From Gekko japonicus (lineage: Eukaryota): DNA of 57,025 nt. The stretch covers positions 62,001-119,025 of the forward strand of contig NW_015168777.1 in assembly GCF_001447785.1 (NCBI RefSeq), read 5' to 3'. Below, in pieces: positions 1 through 11,774 of this stretch. The notes beneath the pieces are model-generated. The model did not search any database and had not been told where the DNA came from. It worked only from the letters and a program-made list of their open reading frames with translations. The position numbers and the translations under genes are program-made. Every line of letters begins with the position of its first letter. Position 1 is the stretch's first letter.

Positions 1-369
1 TTTATTCATGTATTGTTAAATGAGTTTCTGTACAGGTATAGCATTCCTATGTAACCATGCTAAGCTTTCCAATGGCTGTATTTTATATAAAGAGAAAACA
101 AACTGCAGTCCTGCATAGCTTCACACACAGGTCCACACATGGTCACTCTCTCTCTCTCTTGCACATAGAAGGGACAGCTTCCTTTCTCATATTCCTCCAC
201 ATGAAAAGGACTATTCTCTGCCTTAGGATTTGGAGACCACAAGCCTGCCAGGCCCAGCTTGGCCAAGAAATAAGTGTTAATGTATCAAAGAGGTGCTGTT
301 AAGTCTGTCCAGTTTGGTTAGGCTTTTCTCAGCCTGGGTGTCTCCTCAAAGCTCTTCAATCACCATATT

Positions 370-570
370 TTATTCATTCATTCATTTATGCCTCGATGAC
401 AACCCAAAGTGGCTTACATCACTCTCGTCTCCTCCCTTTCATCCTCACAACAACGCTGTGAGATAAGTTAGCCTGAGAGACTGTGACTGGCCCAAGGTCA
501 CCCAGTGAAATGCCATGGCATGAATAAGGACTTGAACCAAGGTTTCCCAGATACTAGGCCATCACTATTA
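370..570 (-). mobile_element. Older CORE/Squam3-related SINE fragment
   Basis: cctcacaacaac..gtgactggcccaaggtcacccag CORE-like motif; (TTCA)n tail. Confidence 0.65.
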
Positions 571-1167
571 GACCACACTGGCAAGCGGAGTAACCAAGTA
601 CAAAGGGAGATAGGGTGAAAGTGGAAAATATTCAATAAAACCAACTGGCACCCACAAATTTTGTCCCTGAGGGATAAGGAACCCCAGGAACAGGATTGGG
701 AGGATATATTTCAGGCTACAGCAGGAAGCAGAAGGTGAGAAAAATGTGCTCCATGAGTGCAAAACCTTCTGCCTATGGAAAACCTCCAGGAGGGTCTAAC
801 TCCTCAGAATTATAGTTTACAATATACAAGGTGATGACCACTTCAAGGCCTGCCTGATTTTATGGATGGCCCTGGGTGGGGGTGGGGAGATGAAAGATAC
901 ACTCTGGCCTTAGGGATTCCTTCCTGCCCTTAGGCATAAACATCCAGTTTTAAGAACTACAGGTCAGATCCTACCTACCAGCTTTTATGACTGGTCTTGG
1001 CCATTTCATCTTCTCATTATATTCCCCATCCTATGTGGCTTTTGTCCATGCAGGTCTCACAAAACCCAGCATAACTTTTTTTGGGGTGGCCAAAATATCC
1101 CCTCCTGGTTTTTGTTTACCAATGGAAAAGCTCTTGCATCTAACACTGTACCACCGGTGCTATATCA

Positions 1168-1521
1168 AGATGGAGCTCTTCCGCCAGGCCTTTGAGTAGG
1201 AGCTGTCGCCCTACTATACCCCCACTGTCATGGTATCTTAAAGGATGCACCGACGAGGCCCAGAGGATGAACCTAGAAAATGTAAAGAAGATGTTTGGGC
1301 ACAAATATCATGGGAGTACCACCTGGAACTGTGTTGATTCCATCTTGGATTTATGATATCTGTAATTGATTGAGCACCGTTGTTTTTAAGTGTTGGATGT
1401 TCTTATTATGTTTTATATGTTTTAATTATGGCACGGCTAATTACCTTGCCCTTGTTAGCTGCCCTGAGCCCGTTGGGGAGGGTGGGATACAAATGTGAAA
1501 AAATAAAAAACATAAAAAAAA
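1168..1521 (+). mobile_element. L2-clade 3' fragment, copy-A specific
   Basis: Start matches 16561-16597 (ELFRQAFE*); A-rich tail; absent at the paralogous site ~9210. Confidence 0.8.
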
Positions 1522-2245
1522 TACTTCTACTGTTTCTTTGGCTGAGCAGAAGAACATTTCAAATTTAACATGAATTTTAAAGTTTGGTTGCATACAGTGG
1601 GGGAGATATAATTGATAATGATGACGGGAAACTGTGTCACATTTTTAATCTTGGAGGAGGAGAAAAAACAACAGCAGGACATTGTTCTCTTTAGGAGCTC
1701 CTACATCATGTTTCTCTGGAGACTGCGTGTCCTCCTTTGAGAATGGGTAGCTTTTTACAAATGCATAGACCAGGAAAATAATGTTGCCACAGCCCATTTG
1801 TATCCATGGTAAGTGCAGATTAACTTTACTGAGGGGGGAACTGCACAATCTTACAATTTCAAACCCTTTTCTAGAGTCTACTGTTGTTTATTAGAGGTCT
1901 CCCAACAAGGTACTGCCATGTACACTGATATTGGGGGGGGGATCCTGGGACAGCATTTTACTACACAACAGACAGCTGGAGACTAGATGTCCAATTTAAT
2001 GGGGGGGCAGATTTAATATACAATTCACCAGAGAGGTCACAATAGAAAATGACCTGCTGTGTGAAAGGACAAAAGGGTTCCATTGCTGTAGTAAGTCAGT
2101 GTATATCGAACAGAGCAGTCCATGTAATAGACAGAATTTGTTACAAGGACTTCCCTTCGGCAAACTGTGACCAACTATAGAAGATAGTTGAGAAGAAATG
2201 CAAACTGCTGGAGAAATTTGAAATGATATCTTTTTCTCTGTGGTT

Positions 2246-2410
2246 GAGGTCAGGCCAGTTTGGCTGGGGATCCTGGAGCTTTTTTGCCATTTTCTGGGTG
2301 TGGAACAGCAGTCACTGGGGGTGTGGGGGAGGAGGTATTTGTGAATTTCCTGCATTGTGCAGGGGGTTGGACTAGTTGACCCTGGAGTCCCTTCCAGCTC
2401 TATGATTCTA
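2246..2410 (+). mobile_element. CR1-type 3' end, copy-A specific
   Basis: gggttggactag..gtcccttccagctctatgattcta terminal motif; absent in copy B. Confidence 0.75.
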
Positions 2411-4030
2411 TGAGGTTTACAACTATGGAGGTTTTTTACATGTGAGTTAGCTGTGATCACTGTTAACATGTTCAGTTTAAATCACTGTGGTATGTTATTG
2501 TAATAAGGATACTAGTAAGTGACCAGGATTATCTGTTTGTTTGCTTGACAGCAAGTTACTATAGCATTCCCATTGCAAAGTCACAGGGATGTATCCTGCC
2601 CTCTTCTCCAGAAGTGCCAAGACTTGCTCCAGCACAAGGAGCTTTCTTCCATTAGAGGAAGAAACTGTTCACTGGAGGAAGATTCTACAGCTAGCTGAGT
2701 GAAGTGGTAGGAGAAAACACCATGGCTTGGATACCACCAAATTTTACTGTTAAAACTCATCAGTTTTCATCCTTACAGCAGTACCTGTCTCCTATGGCTT
2801 TTGTCCATGCAGATATGTGATTCCCAAAGAGGACTATCCATCCTTTTCTCTCCTCAAAACAAACAAACAAACATGTGTATTCTGTCTCTACTGCATGCAT
2901 TGTGGGACATCACTGGATTGGAGCAAATCAGAATTGAGATAGGGAAAATGCCACTGAATGGTAATTACACTACTACCAGTTGCTTTTAGGTTTTTGTTTG
3001 TAAAAGATAGGAAAGCTTTCTGAATATGTTTGGTTAATGAAGGATAGATTTATTACTGGATTTTGGTATCAGATTTGACATTTTGACCCACTAAAATCAC
3101 CATCTGTGTGTGTTTCTATTTCACTAAAAGATAGGGCTTCTCCCAGTTCTGGAGTGCAAATGTCATGCTGGTGAATTTAGAATTTGGCAAGTGAAAGTAG
3201 ACTGCAATCCCTAGAACACTTTCTGGGGAGTAGGGTCCACTAAACAGGCTGAAGTAGGATTCTGAGTAGACTTCTTTAGGGTTCCTCTCTTACACAGTTG
3301 TGATCATGGAACTGTAAAACAGCTAACTGGGTTATTTTTAACATAACTTTTAAAAATTATGTCTAAAGGGTATTTGTTTACATGCTCCAGACCCATTGAA
3401 AGGTGCACTGTTTTTTGATATTCTTATACTGGCTATTACAAATGTATGGAAGAATTATGCAAAGGATGATAATCTAAAGCAGTGATACTTAGTCGTTCAG
3501 GAGCCACATGTTCCTCTTCTAAGAACTGTACTCCAATTGGGCACATGTCCCATGTTTCAAGGATGTGGGTAAGGCCATTAGCCAGTGAGGTGTGGTTCCC
3601 ATCTTGAAACAGCTGCAGGCAGAGGAACAGGTAAGCTGTAAGCATCCCTGAGGTTCAATTCTGGGTGTAAAGGTGGCTCTTTTGGTTGATGGTAACATCA
3701 AATGTGGTCCTTTGAGACATAGAGTGAGTACCACTGATCTAAAGTGTCTTTTACATCTTACCTTTTGTGTAATATTAGCACGATTGTATTTTCAATTTTT
3801 AATATAGCCCTTTTCACTTTTGCAGTTACACTAGATTTCTGGCAACAGAATTTCACCAGCAACTGTACTTCTCATTCATGATAACATCAGACTGCTTATC
3901 AGGGTTATCTCCTCTGCCTTTGACATGTGATGTTTCCTGGATTGCATACTTAAGTACTCATGAAATAACTAATTAAATATGTTTTCTGGCAACAGAATCT
4001 CAAACCCATTTTTCCCCTTTGTTCAGAGTT

Positions 4031-4963
4031 ATGGAAAACCACACCATGGTCACCGAATTCATCTTGGTAGGGTTTATGGGAAAGCTAGAAACGCAATTAG
4101 TTCTGTTTGTTCTCTTCTTGATAATGTACATTATCACATTGATGGGTAACCTTGGCATGATTCTTATAATTAATGCAGACTCCAAACTTCATACCCCTAT
4201 GTATTTCTTCCTGAAGAACTTATCTTTCTTGGACATTTGCTATTCCTCAGTCATCACTCCCAAGGCTATGCTGAGCTTTGCAACGGGGAACAAAACCATT
4301 TCCTACAATGGGTGTGCAACCCAGATGTTCTTCTTCTCTCTTTTCGGGACCACGGAGGCTTTCTTTCTGGCTGTGATGGCATACGATCGGTTCATTGCTG
4401 TCTGCAACCCACTGCTTTACCATGTCATTATGTCCAAGAAGACCTGTTGTCTCCTGGTAGCTGTATCATATTTTTTTGGTTGTGTCAATTGCTGCACCCA
4501 AACTGGCTTCACGTTCACATTGTCCTTTTGCACACCAACTGAAATAAATCATTTCTTTTGTGATGTCCCAGCTGTAATGAAGGCCTCCTGTTCAGTTACT
4601 TTTGTGAACGAAATTGTGCTGCTAATGGTATGTGGGTTAATCATTGTGACCACAGGCACAATTGTCCTTGTATCATACGGCTACATTGTTGCCACCATCT
4701 TACACATACCTTCAGGCAAAGGAAGGCACAAAGCTTTCTCAACATGCACTTCCCATCTGATGGCAGTCAGCTTGTTCTTCGGGACAGTTTTCTTTATGTA
4801 TGCCCAACCTGGAGCCCTTTCCTCTCCCAATCGGGGGAAAGTAGTGTCAGTCTTTTACACAGTGGTCATCCCCATGTTGAATCCCATCATCTACAGCCTG
4901 AGGAATGTGGAGGTGAAAGAGGCTGTCATCAGACAATTCAGAAAGAAAGTCTTTTCCTATTGA
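4031..4963 (+). CDS. Olfactory receptor, class II, OR9S/Olfr12-like (310 aa), intact
   Basis: Single-exon 7TM ORF from ATG 4031. OR motifs: N-glycan sequon [71 protein letters not shown] and MYAQPGAL..GKVVS resemble mouse Olfr12 (Or9s13) as recalled. Confidence 0.97.
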   Translation: MENHTMVTEFILVGFMGKLETQLVLFVLFLIMYIITLMGNLGMILIINADSKLHTPMYFFLKNLSFLDICYSSVITPKAMLSFATGNKTISYNGCATQMFFFSLFGTTEAFFLAVMAYDRFIAVCNPLLYHVIMSKKTCCLLVAVSYFFGCVNCCTQTGFTFTLSFCTPTEINHFFCDVPAVMKASCSVTFVNEIVLLMVCGLIIVTTGTIVLVSYGYIVATILHIPSGKGRHKAFSTCTSHLMAVSLFFGTVFFMYAQPGALSSPNRGKVVSVFYTVVIPMLNPIIYSLRNVEVKEAVIRQFRKKVFSY

Positions 4964-5131
4964 AACACGTGTTTTGAATGATCTGATTAGTTTCCAATCA
5001 TTTTCTGCCCAGCTTAGTGAAAATGAGATGCAACCCACGCAGTCAAACTGCTAAATCTTGCTGAAGCCAATAGGATATTCTAAATGTGATCAGGATTGCA
5101 GCCAGTGGGACACAAATGCTTTATTAGACAA

Positions 5132-6894
5132 GTAGCCCGATACCAGTGCTTCGCTACAATATTTAAGTTCCGTAAATCCAGTTATAATACTGATGATGTG
5201 AAATTTGAAATGTGACATTTGTTGTAGGAATTCTAATGGAGAAGATTGTAGTGTAAGAAATGAAGTGAGACATACGTACTTTTTTCCTCTCTACTGAAGG
5301 ACCTCTCCCTAGACCACATTGGAGGTTCTGCCCTCAGGTGCTAGGATCACCAGGCTGCTTGATGAGTTCACTCTGGAGCAGGCCACATAGAACTGTCCAT
5401 TTAAGAAGCAGTTGTCTGTTAAGTCAACTCCTGCTACCTTCCACGAAAGTGATGGCCTCTCTACTTGTGTTCCTGGATTGTTTTGCTCACGTGGAGACTG
5501 TGTTGTTCTGAGCACCTCAGGGTGATCTTGCTGGTACTTGGCCTTTGCAGCTCAGTGCACTGCAGGAGTACTATGTGCAAATGTCTTTGCTGCATTCCTA
5601 AGTTGCCTCCTCCTTGTAGCATTGGCTCAATGTTTGCCAAGAGCTTTCTTGGGGGCAGTAAGAGTTGAGAGGTTGAGGGGGAGTTGGTGTGAGGGAGTGG
5701 TGATGTGGTGGACATTTCTTCAGGTTCATAAGGGAGGCATGCATCAAAATGGCTCCTAGAAAGTTCCTTTACTATCTCCCCATAAACATTCATACCCTGG
5801 CCCTGCTCCTACACCTGACAGACACCAGCCTCTCTGGTTATTTTGGGGGGGTTGTATTTAAAGGCATTGGGGAGGCTGGGCCAACAGCAGTGCTAAGGCA
5901 ATCCTGCTGAGCAATCCTCCCCAGTGGCTGTAAGGATCCCACCTCCTCTCCTACACCTGACAGGCTGCTGCCCGTCCAGTATAGGATGGAGAAGGGGGAG
6001 GAGTATTAGAAGCCACTATGGAGGCATGGCTGGCAGGATCACTAGAGTGTTACTGCTGGGGCAGGCTCTTTCATGGCTTTAAGCAACCTGCAACCAGTGC
6101 TGCACCTGACAGACAACCGCCTGTTAGGTGTAGGAGGTAGGGGAGTGTCTTGGAAGCCACCAGAGAGGCTGGGCCAGCAGCATCACTAAGGTGATCCTGC
6201 TGGGGTGGTGTCCCTCATGGATTAAAGTACCCTGGTCCTGCTCCTGCACCTGACAGACACTGGCCTGTCTGGTCTGTGGGGGGTTATATTTAAAGGCATC
6301 AGGGAGGCTGAGCCAACAACAGTGCTAAGGCAATCCTGCTTAGCAAACCTCCCCAGTGGCTGTAAGGATCCCACCTCCTCTCCTACACCTGACAGGCAGC
6401 TGCCCGTCCAATGTAGGAGGGGGAGGGGGAGGAGTATTAGAAGCCACTGTGATGGGGCTGCACCTGACAGACAACCACCTGTTAGATGTAGGAGGTGGGG
6501 GGAGTGTGTTGGAAGCCATCAGAGAGGCTGGGCCAATGGCTTTGCTTCACCTCACAGGTGGTTGTTGGCCACTCCTGATTTCCTCAACTGTCATTAGCTC
6601 TCTGCAGTCCCCTGTAACTGGTTTTTTTTACCTCAGAACACTGAGCTCTACAGCTGACCAATCAGAGAGTGGGGGGTGCCGAGAGGCAGCTGCCTGGCAG
6701 CCGCATAGGAATCAATGGGGGGAACACATTTTACCCCTTTTGACCCATTTAGAAGTCAAATTTCTAAAAATTCCTTCTTAGTGAGCACCTATGCCATGGT
6801 AGGAGTGCTCTCCCTGAATTTGGTGTCTCTAGGTCCAGTGGTTTGGCCTGGACGTTGATTTTATGGTGAGGGGACTTTCTTTTATATAGATAGA
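5132..6894 (-). mobile_element. Non-autonomous Helitron (family A) with helicase C-terminal remnant
   Basis: Absent from copy B (empty site tagacaA|Tggataaat at ~13497). Inserted between A and T with no TSD. Minus strand starts TCTATCTATATAAAA and ends GTAGCGAAGCAC..GGGCTAC (one mismatch from CTAG). 5309-5445 encodes KVAGVDLTDNCFLNGQFYVACSRV..PEGRTSNVV, matching the RepHel Pif1 C-terminus. Confidence 0.9.
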
Positions 6895-7703
6895 TGAATA
6901 AATATAGTCTTCCTGTTTACCATTTCCCATCTTCAGAATTGTTCTCAGCACTGGGTGAATGCACTTCCAACCAAATCATCTGGAGTAGCAATTTAATCTT
7001 AGCTTCTATACTGCATGCAAAGTTCTGTTCATGTAACCCTGTATATCTCCATTGTGCTCAAGAAAGTTATATATTTAATTCAATCCATGGGATTGGACGT
7101 TTCTTGCGTTATCTTTCTTTGAATAAAAGGGAAACACAACCTGAATTCCAGGATGTAATGTCATTGATATTCAAATTTATGAGTGTGTCCTCTAGAAAGG
7201 ACAAGTGGGAACCTACAACATTTATGGGGGCAGGGATTCCCATACTACCCTTCCTGCAGTGTCACCACAACCATTACCACCCATCCCTCACTTCCCATGA
7301 ATTTAGGGAACAGGGCATCTGTTGGGAGATCTATTGGGGGCCTGAATGGCATGGAGGAAGGTGGCTGGGTGGCCAGCCATGGTCAGCCTTCAGATACATG
7401 GCCACCTCTCAGTAACCCTCCCTACACCCAGAAGGAGCCCCAGAAGATCCTGGTGGTTGGAAAGCTTCCATGTCCTGAGCTGCTATCCAGACACTCAGTT
7501 GGGTGTTCCCTCACTGGTCAGCACTCATGGCACTTTGCCAGGCCTTTTGCCACTGCATTTTGCAGTGGCAAGTGGGCACAACAATGGTGCAGAGCTGTGC
7601 ACTCAGCAGGGATAGGTTGGCAGTGAGCACATGTGGGAGCAGTATGCTGCTCCCAGAATGGTGGGTGGCAGCAGGGCCAGCTAAGCCAACACAATGTGCA
7701 GCT

Positions 7704-7880
7704 GAAGAAGAAGAAGAAGAGGAGGAGGAGGAGACTGGATTTATACCCCACCCTTCACTACCTGTAGGAGTCTCAGAGCAGTTTACAATCCCTTCCCCAT
7801 CCCATCCCCATAACAGACACCCTGTGAAGTAGGTGGGGCTGAGAGAGCTCTCTTGAGATCTGTCCTTGAGAGAACAGCTC
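7704..7880 (-). mobile_element. Squam3-like SINE truncated at duplication breakpoint
   Basis: (GAA)n tail and body match 14568-14726, then switch abruptly to OR sequence. Confidence 0.85.
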
Positions 7881-8120
7881 ATCATGGCTGTAACCTTGTT
7901 CTATGGGACAGCTTTCTTTATGTATGGCCAACTTGGGACCATGGCTTCTCCCAACCAAGGCAAAGTAGTCTCTGTATTTTACACCATTGTCTTTCCAATG
8001 TTGGACCCAGTAATATGCAGCCTAAGGAACAAAGAAATCAAAGCTGCTTTAGGGAGACAACTCAAAAGAATGTCTTTTTTCCAGCAAACACCCAGCAAAG
8101 CTGTTCAGCATACAAAATAA
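7881..8120 (+). pseudogene. 3'-terminal OR fragment (TM6-TM7-C-tail), OR9S-like, fused to a truncated SINE
   Basis: [51 protein letters not shown] aligns with OR TM6/TM7. The sequence immediately upstream is SINE, not OR. Confidence 0.92.
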
Positions 8121-11100
8121 ATTCACACATTTGTCAGCTTTATTTCAGCCATAGGGTAGGATCCAGGCTGTTTCTCCACTCAATCTTGACCAGTTCTCCT
8201 CCATGCTACAACCCCTGTCCCACCTGGCTTTTGTACATCATGGTTCCATGATCCCCAGCATCACCTGTTTTGGTGGCCAAAGGGGACCACTCCTCTCTTC
8301 TATACTAGTAGAAAAGCTGGTTGTAGCCAGCCCCTGCTATTTCAGATGGTTCCATTTGTACTGCAGTACAGAAAAAACATGACCAGATTTCTTAAACTGT
8401 TTGTCACAGTCTGAACAGAAGCACAGTTCGATTGAATGTCTGTCATCTATTTTCTTCAGTTTTTTTTCTTACATTCCTTTACTATTTTTGTCTTTCATTC
8501 ATGACTTGAGATGTTATTACAATCTTCTGTTGGGTATGTTCCTTTAATTTTGATTAAATTTGCCTAATTATATTATTCATGTATTGTTCAATGAGTTTCT
8601 CTTCAGATGTGGCATTTCTATATAACAATACTAAGCTTTCCATCTGCTGTATTTTGTATCTTTAGACATGAAAGAGAAACCAAACTGCAGCCCTTCTGCC
8701 TAGTTTCACACACAGTTCCACACATGGTCACTCTCTCTCTCTTGCACACACATATAGAAGGGACAGCTTCTTTTCTCATCTCCCTCCCCAAAATGAAAAA
8801 AAGACTAATCTCTGCTTTAGGATTTGGAGACCACAACCCTGCCAGGCCCAGCCTGGCCAAGAAAGAGGAGTTAATATGTTAAAGAGGTTCTGTTAAGTCA
8901 AGTCTGTCTGGTTTGATTAGGCTTTTCCCAGTGTGGATGACTCTGGCCTTAGGGATTCCTTCCTGCCCTTAGGCATAAACATCCAGTTTTAAGAACTACA
9001 GGTCAGATCCTACCTACCAGCTTTTATGACTGGTCTTGGCCATTTCATCTTCTCATTATATTCCCCATCCTATGTGGCTTTTGTCCATGCAGGTCTCACA
9101 AAACCCAGCATATATTTTTTTTTATGGTTGGCCAAAGTATCCCCTCCTGGTTTTTGTTTACCAATGGAAAAGCTCTTGCATCTAACACTGTACAACTGGT
9201 GCTATCTCACCTACTTCTACTCTTTCTTTGGCTGAGCAGAAGAACATTTCAAATTTAACACAAATTATAAAGTTTGGTTGCATGGGGGGGATATAATCGA
9301 TAATGATGACGGGAAACTGTGTCACATTTTTAATCTTGGAGGAGGAAAAAAAATCAATAGCAGGAAATTGTTCTTTTGGTGCTGTTACATCATGTTTCTC
9401 CAGAGACTGTATGTTCTCCTTTGAGAATGGGGAGCTTTTACAAATATATAGACCAGGAAAAGAATATTGCCACAGCCCATTTGTATCCATGGTAAGTGCA
9501 GATTAACATTACTGGAGGGGAGGCGACGACAGCACAATCTTACTATTTCAACCTTTTTTCTAGACTGTTGTTGATCAGAGTTCTCCCAACAAGATAATGT
9601 CCTCTACACTGATATTGGGGGGGGGGGGATCCTGGGACAGCATTTTATTACAGGAGAGACAGCTAGATCTCCCATTTAATTTTGGGAGGGCAGATTTAAT
9701 ATACAGTTGATACTAGTGAGGTCGCAATAGAAAAACAGCCTGCTGTGTTAAAGGACAAAGGGGTTCCATTGCAGTAGGAGTAAGTAAATCACTTGAATTG
9801 AATCTCATCTCCATGACAGTCTTGCAAACTTTAATGAAAGTCTGAAGCTGTAAACCAAACGGCGCTGTCCATGTAATAGATACCATTTGTTATAAGGCCT
9901 TCCTTTCTGCAAAACTGTGACCAACTATAGAAGAAATTTGACAACTGAGAAGTAATGCAGACTGCTGGAGAAATTTGAAATGATACCTTCTCCTCTGTGG
10001 TTTCTCTCACTGGAACAAGACCATAGTGACTGAGATTTACAACGATGAAGTCTTTTTACATGTGTGTTATCTGTGATCATTGTAACATATTCAGTTTAAA
10101 TCACTGTGATAAGTTATTGTAATACGGATACTAGTAGGTGACCACCCAATATTCCTCAGGGTTATCTGTTTGTTTGACAGCAAATTACTATAGCATCCCC
10201 ATTGCGAAGTCACAGGGATGTATCCTGCCCTCTTCTCCAGAAGCACCAAGGCTTGCTCCAGCACAAGGAGCTTTCTTCCAGAGGAAGAAACTGTTCACTG
10301 GAGGAAGATTCTACAGCTAGCTGAGTGAAGTGGTAGGAAAAAACACCATGTCTTGGATACCACCAAATTTGACTGTTAAAACTCATCAGTTTTCCTCCTT
10401 ACAGCAGTACCTGTCTCCTATGGCTTTTGTCCATGCAGATTCTGTGATTCTCAAAGAGGACTATCTATCCTTTATCTCCACAAAATAAACAAACAAACTT
10501 GTGTATTCTGCCTCTACTGCATGCATTGTGGGACATCACTGGATTGGAGCAAATCTGAATTCAAATAGGGAAAATACCACTGAATGGTAATCATCACACC
10601 ACTACTAGTTGCTTTTAGGTTTTTGTTTGTAAAAGATGGGAAAGCTTTCTGAATGTGTTGGGTTAATGAAAGATGGATTTATTACTGGATTTTTGTTTCA
10701 GATTTGACGTTTTGACCCATTAAAATCACCATCTCTTTGTGTAAGTGTGTTTCTATTTCACTAAAAGATAGGGCCTCTCCCAGTTCTGGAGTGCAAATGG
10801 CATGCTGGTGAATTTAGAATTTGGCAAGTGAGAGTAGACTGCAATCCCAAGAACACTTTCTGGGGAGTAGGGTCCAGTGAATAGGCTGAAGTAGATTCTT
10901 TTTAAAATGACATTTTTTATTTTGTAGAACAGCAATAATCATACAAAACATTTAACACTTAACTACCATAGAACAAGGCTTAGCAAGATTCTGAGTACTC
11001 GTTTAGGCTTCCTCTCTTAAGCAGCTAGGAACATGGAACTTTAAGAAACTAGTTATTTTTACTGTAGTTTTTTAAATATGTAAAAGGTGTTTGTTTATAT

Positions 11101-11774
11101 GCTCCAGACACACTGAATGGTGCATCATTGTTTTATATCCTTATACTGGCTATTACAAATGTATGGAGGAATTATGTAAAGGGTGATCATCTAAAGCAGT
11201 GATACTTAGTGCTTCAGGAGCCACACGCACCTCTTCTAAGAACTGTACTCCAATCGGGCACCTGTCCCATGTTTCAGGGATGTGGGCAAGACCATTAGAC
11301 TGTGGGGGTTGTGGTTGGCATGGTAAGTGGTTCCCAACTTGAAACAGCTGTGGCCAGAGGAACAGATAAGCTGCATGCCTCCCTGAGGTTCAGTTCTGGA
11401 TGTAAAGGTGGCTCTTTTGGTTGATGGTAGCTTCAGATATGGTTCTAAGAGCCATGGAGTGAGTAACACATATCTAAAGTGGCCTTTACATCTCACATTT
11501 TGTGTAATATTAGCATGATTTTATTTTCAATTAATTCCATTTTAATATTGCCTTTCTCACTTTTACAGTTGCATCATATTTCTGGGAACAGAATTTCACC
11601 AGCAGCTGTACTTCTCATCCAAGACAACATCAGACTGGTTATAAGGGTTATCTTCTCTGCCTTTGGCATGTGATGTTTTCTGGATTGCATACTTAAGTAC
11701 TCAGAAAGTAACTTGTGAAATATGCTTTCTGGCAACAGAATCTCAAACACATTTCCCCGCCTTTGTTCAGAGTT

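Larger units (their letters stand above)
1..7880 (+). repeat. Segmental tandem duplication, copy A (OR9S-like unit)
   Basis: Collinear homology with ~8572-14726 (e.g. 901-1160 vs 8941-9205; 2530-3260 vs 10160-10890; 6895-7880 vs 13498-14726). Confidence 0.95.

Noticed and set aside
4630-4977. Alternative-frame ORF conserved in both OR copies (also 12374-12730)
   Set aside because: Its conservation is a by-product of nucleotide identity of the OR CDS.
5795-6560. CRISPR-like repeat-spacer array
   Set aside because: Eukaryotic context, the inter-motif segments are homologous to each other rather than unique spacers, and there are no cas genes.
9824-9840. AACTTTAATGA resembling the OR homeodomain enhancer 13-mer; EBF-like TCCCTGAGGGA at 664
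   Set aside because: Short or imperfect matches, each present in only one duplicate, and the EBF-like site lies in repeat-derived sequence; expected by chance.
11715-11774. Non-ATG N-terminal extensions of the OR9S-like ORFs (also 4019-4030)
   Set aside because: GTG/TTG starts are artefacts of the ORF caller and lie in the polypyrimidine acceptor region.
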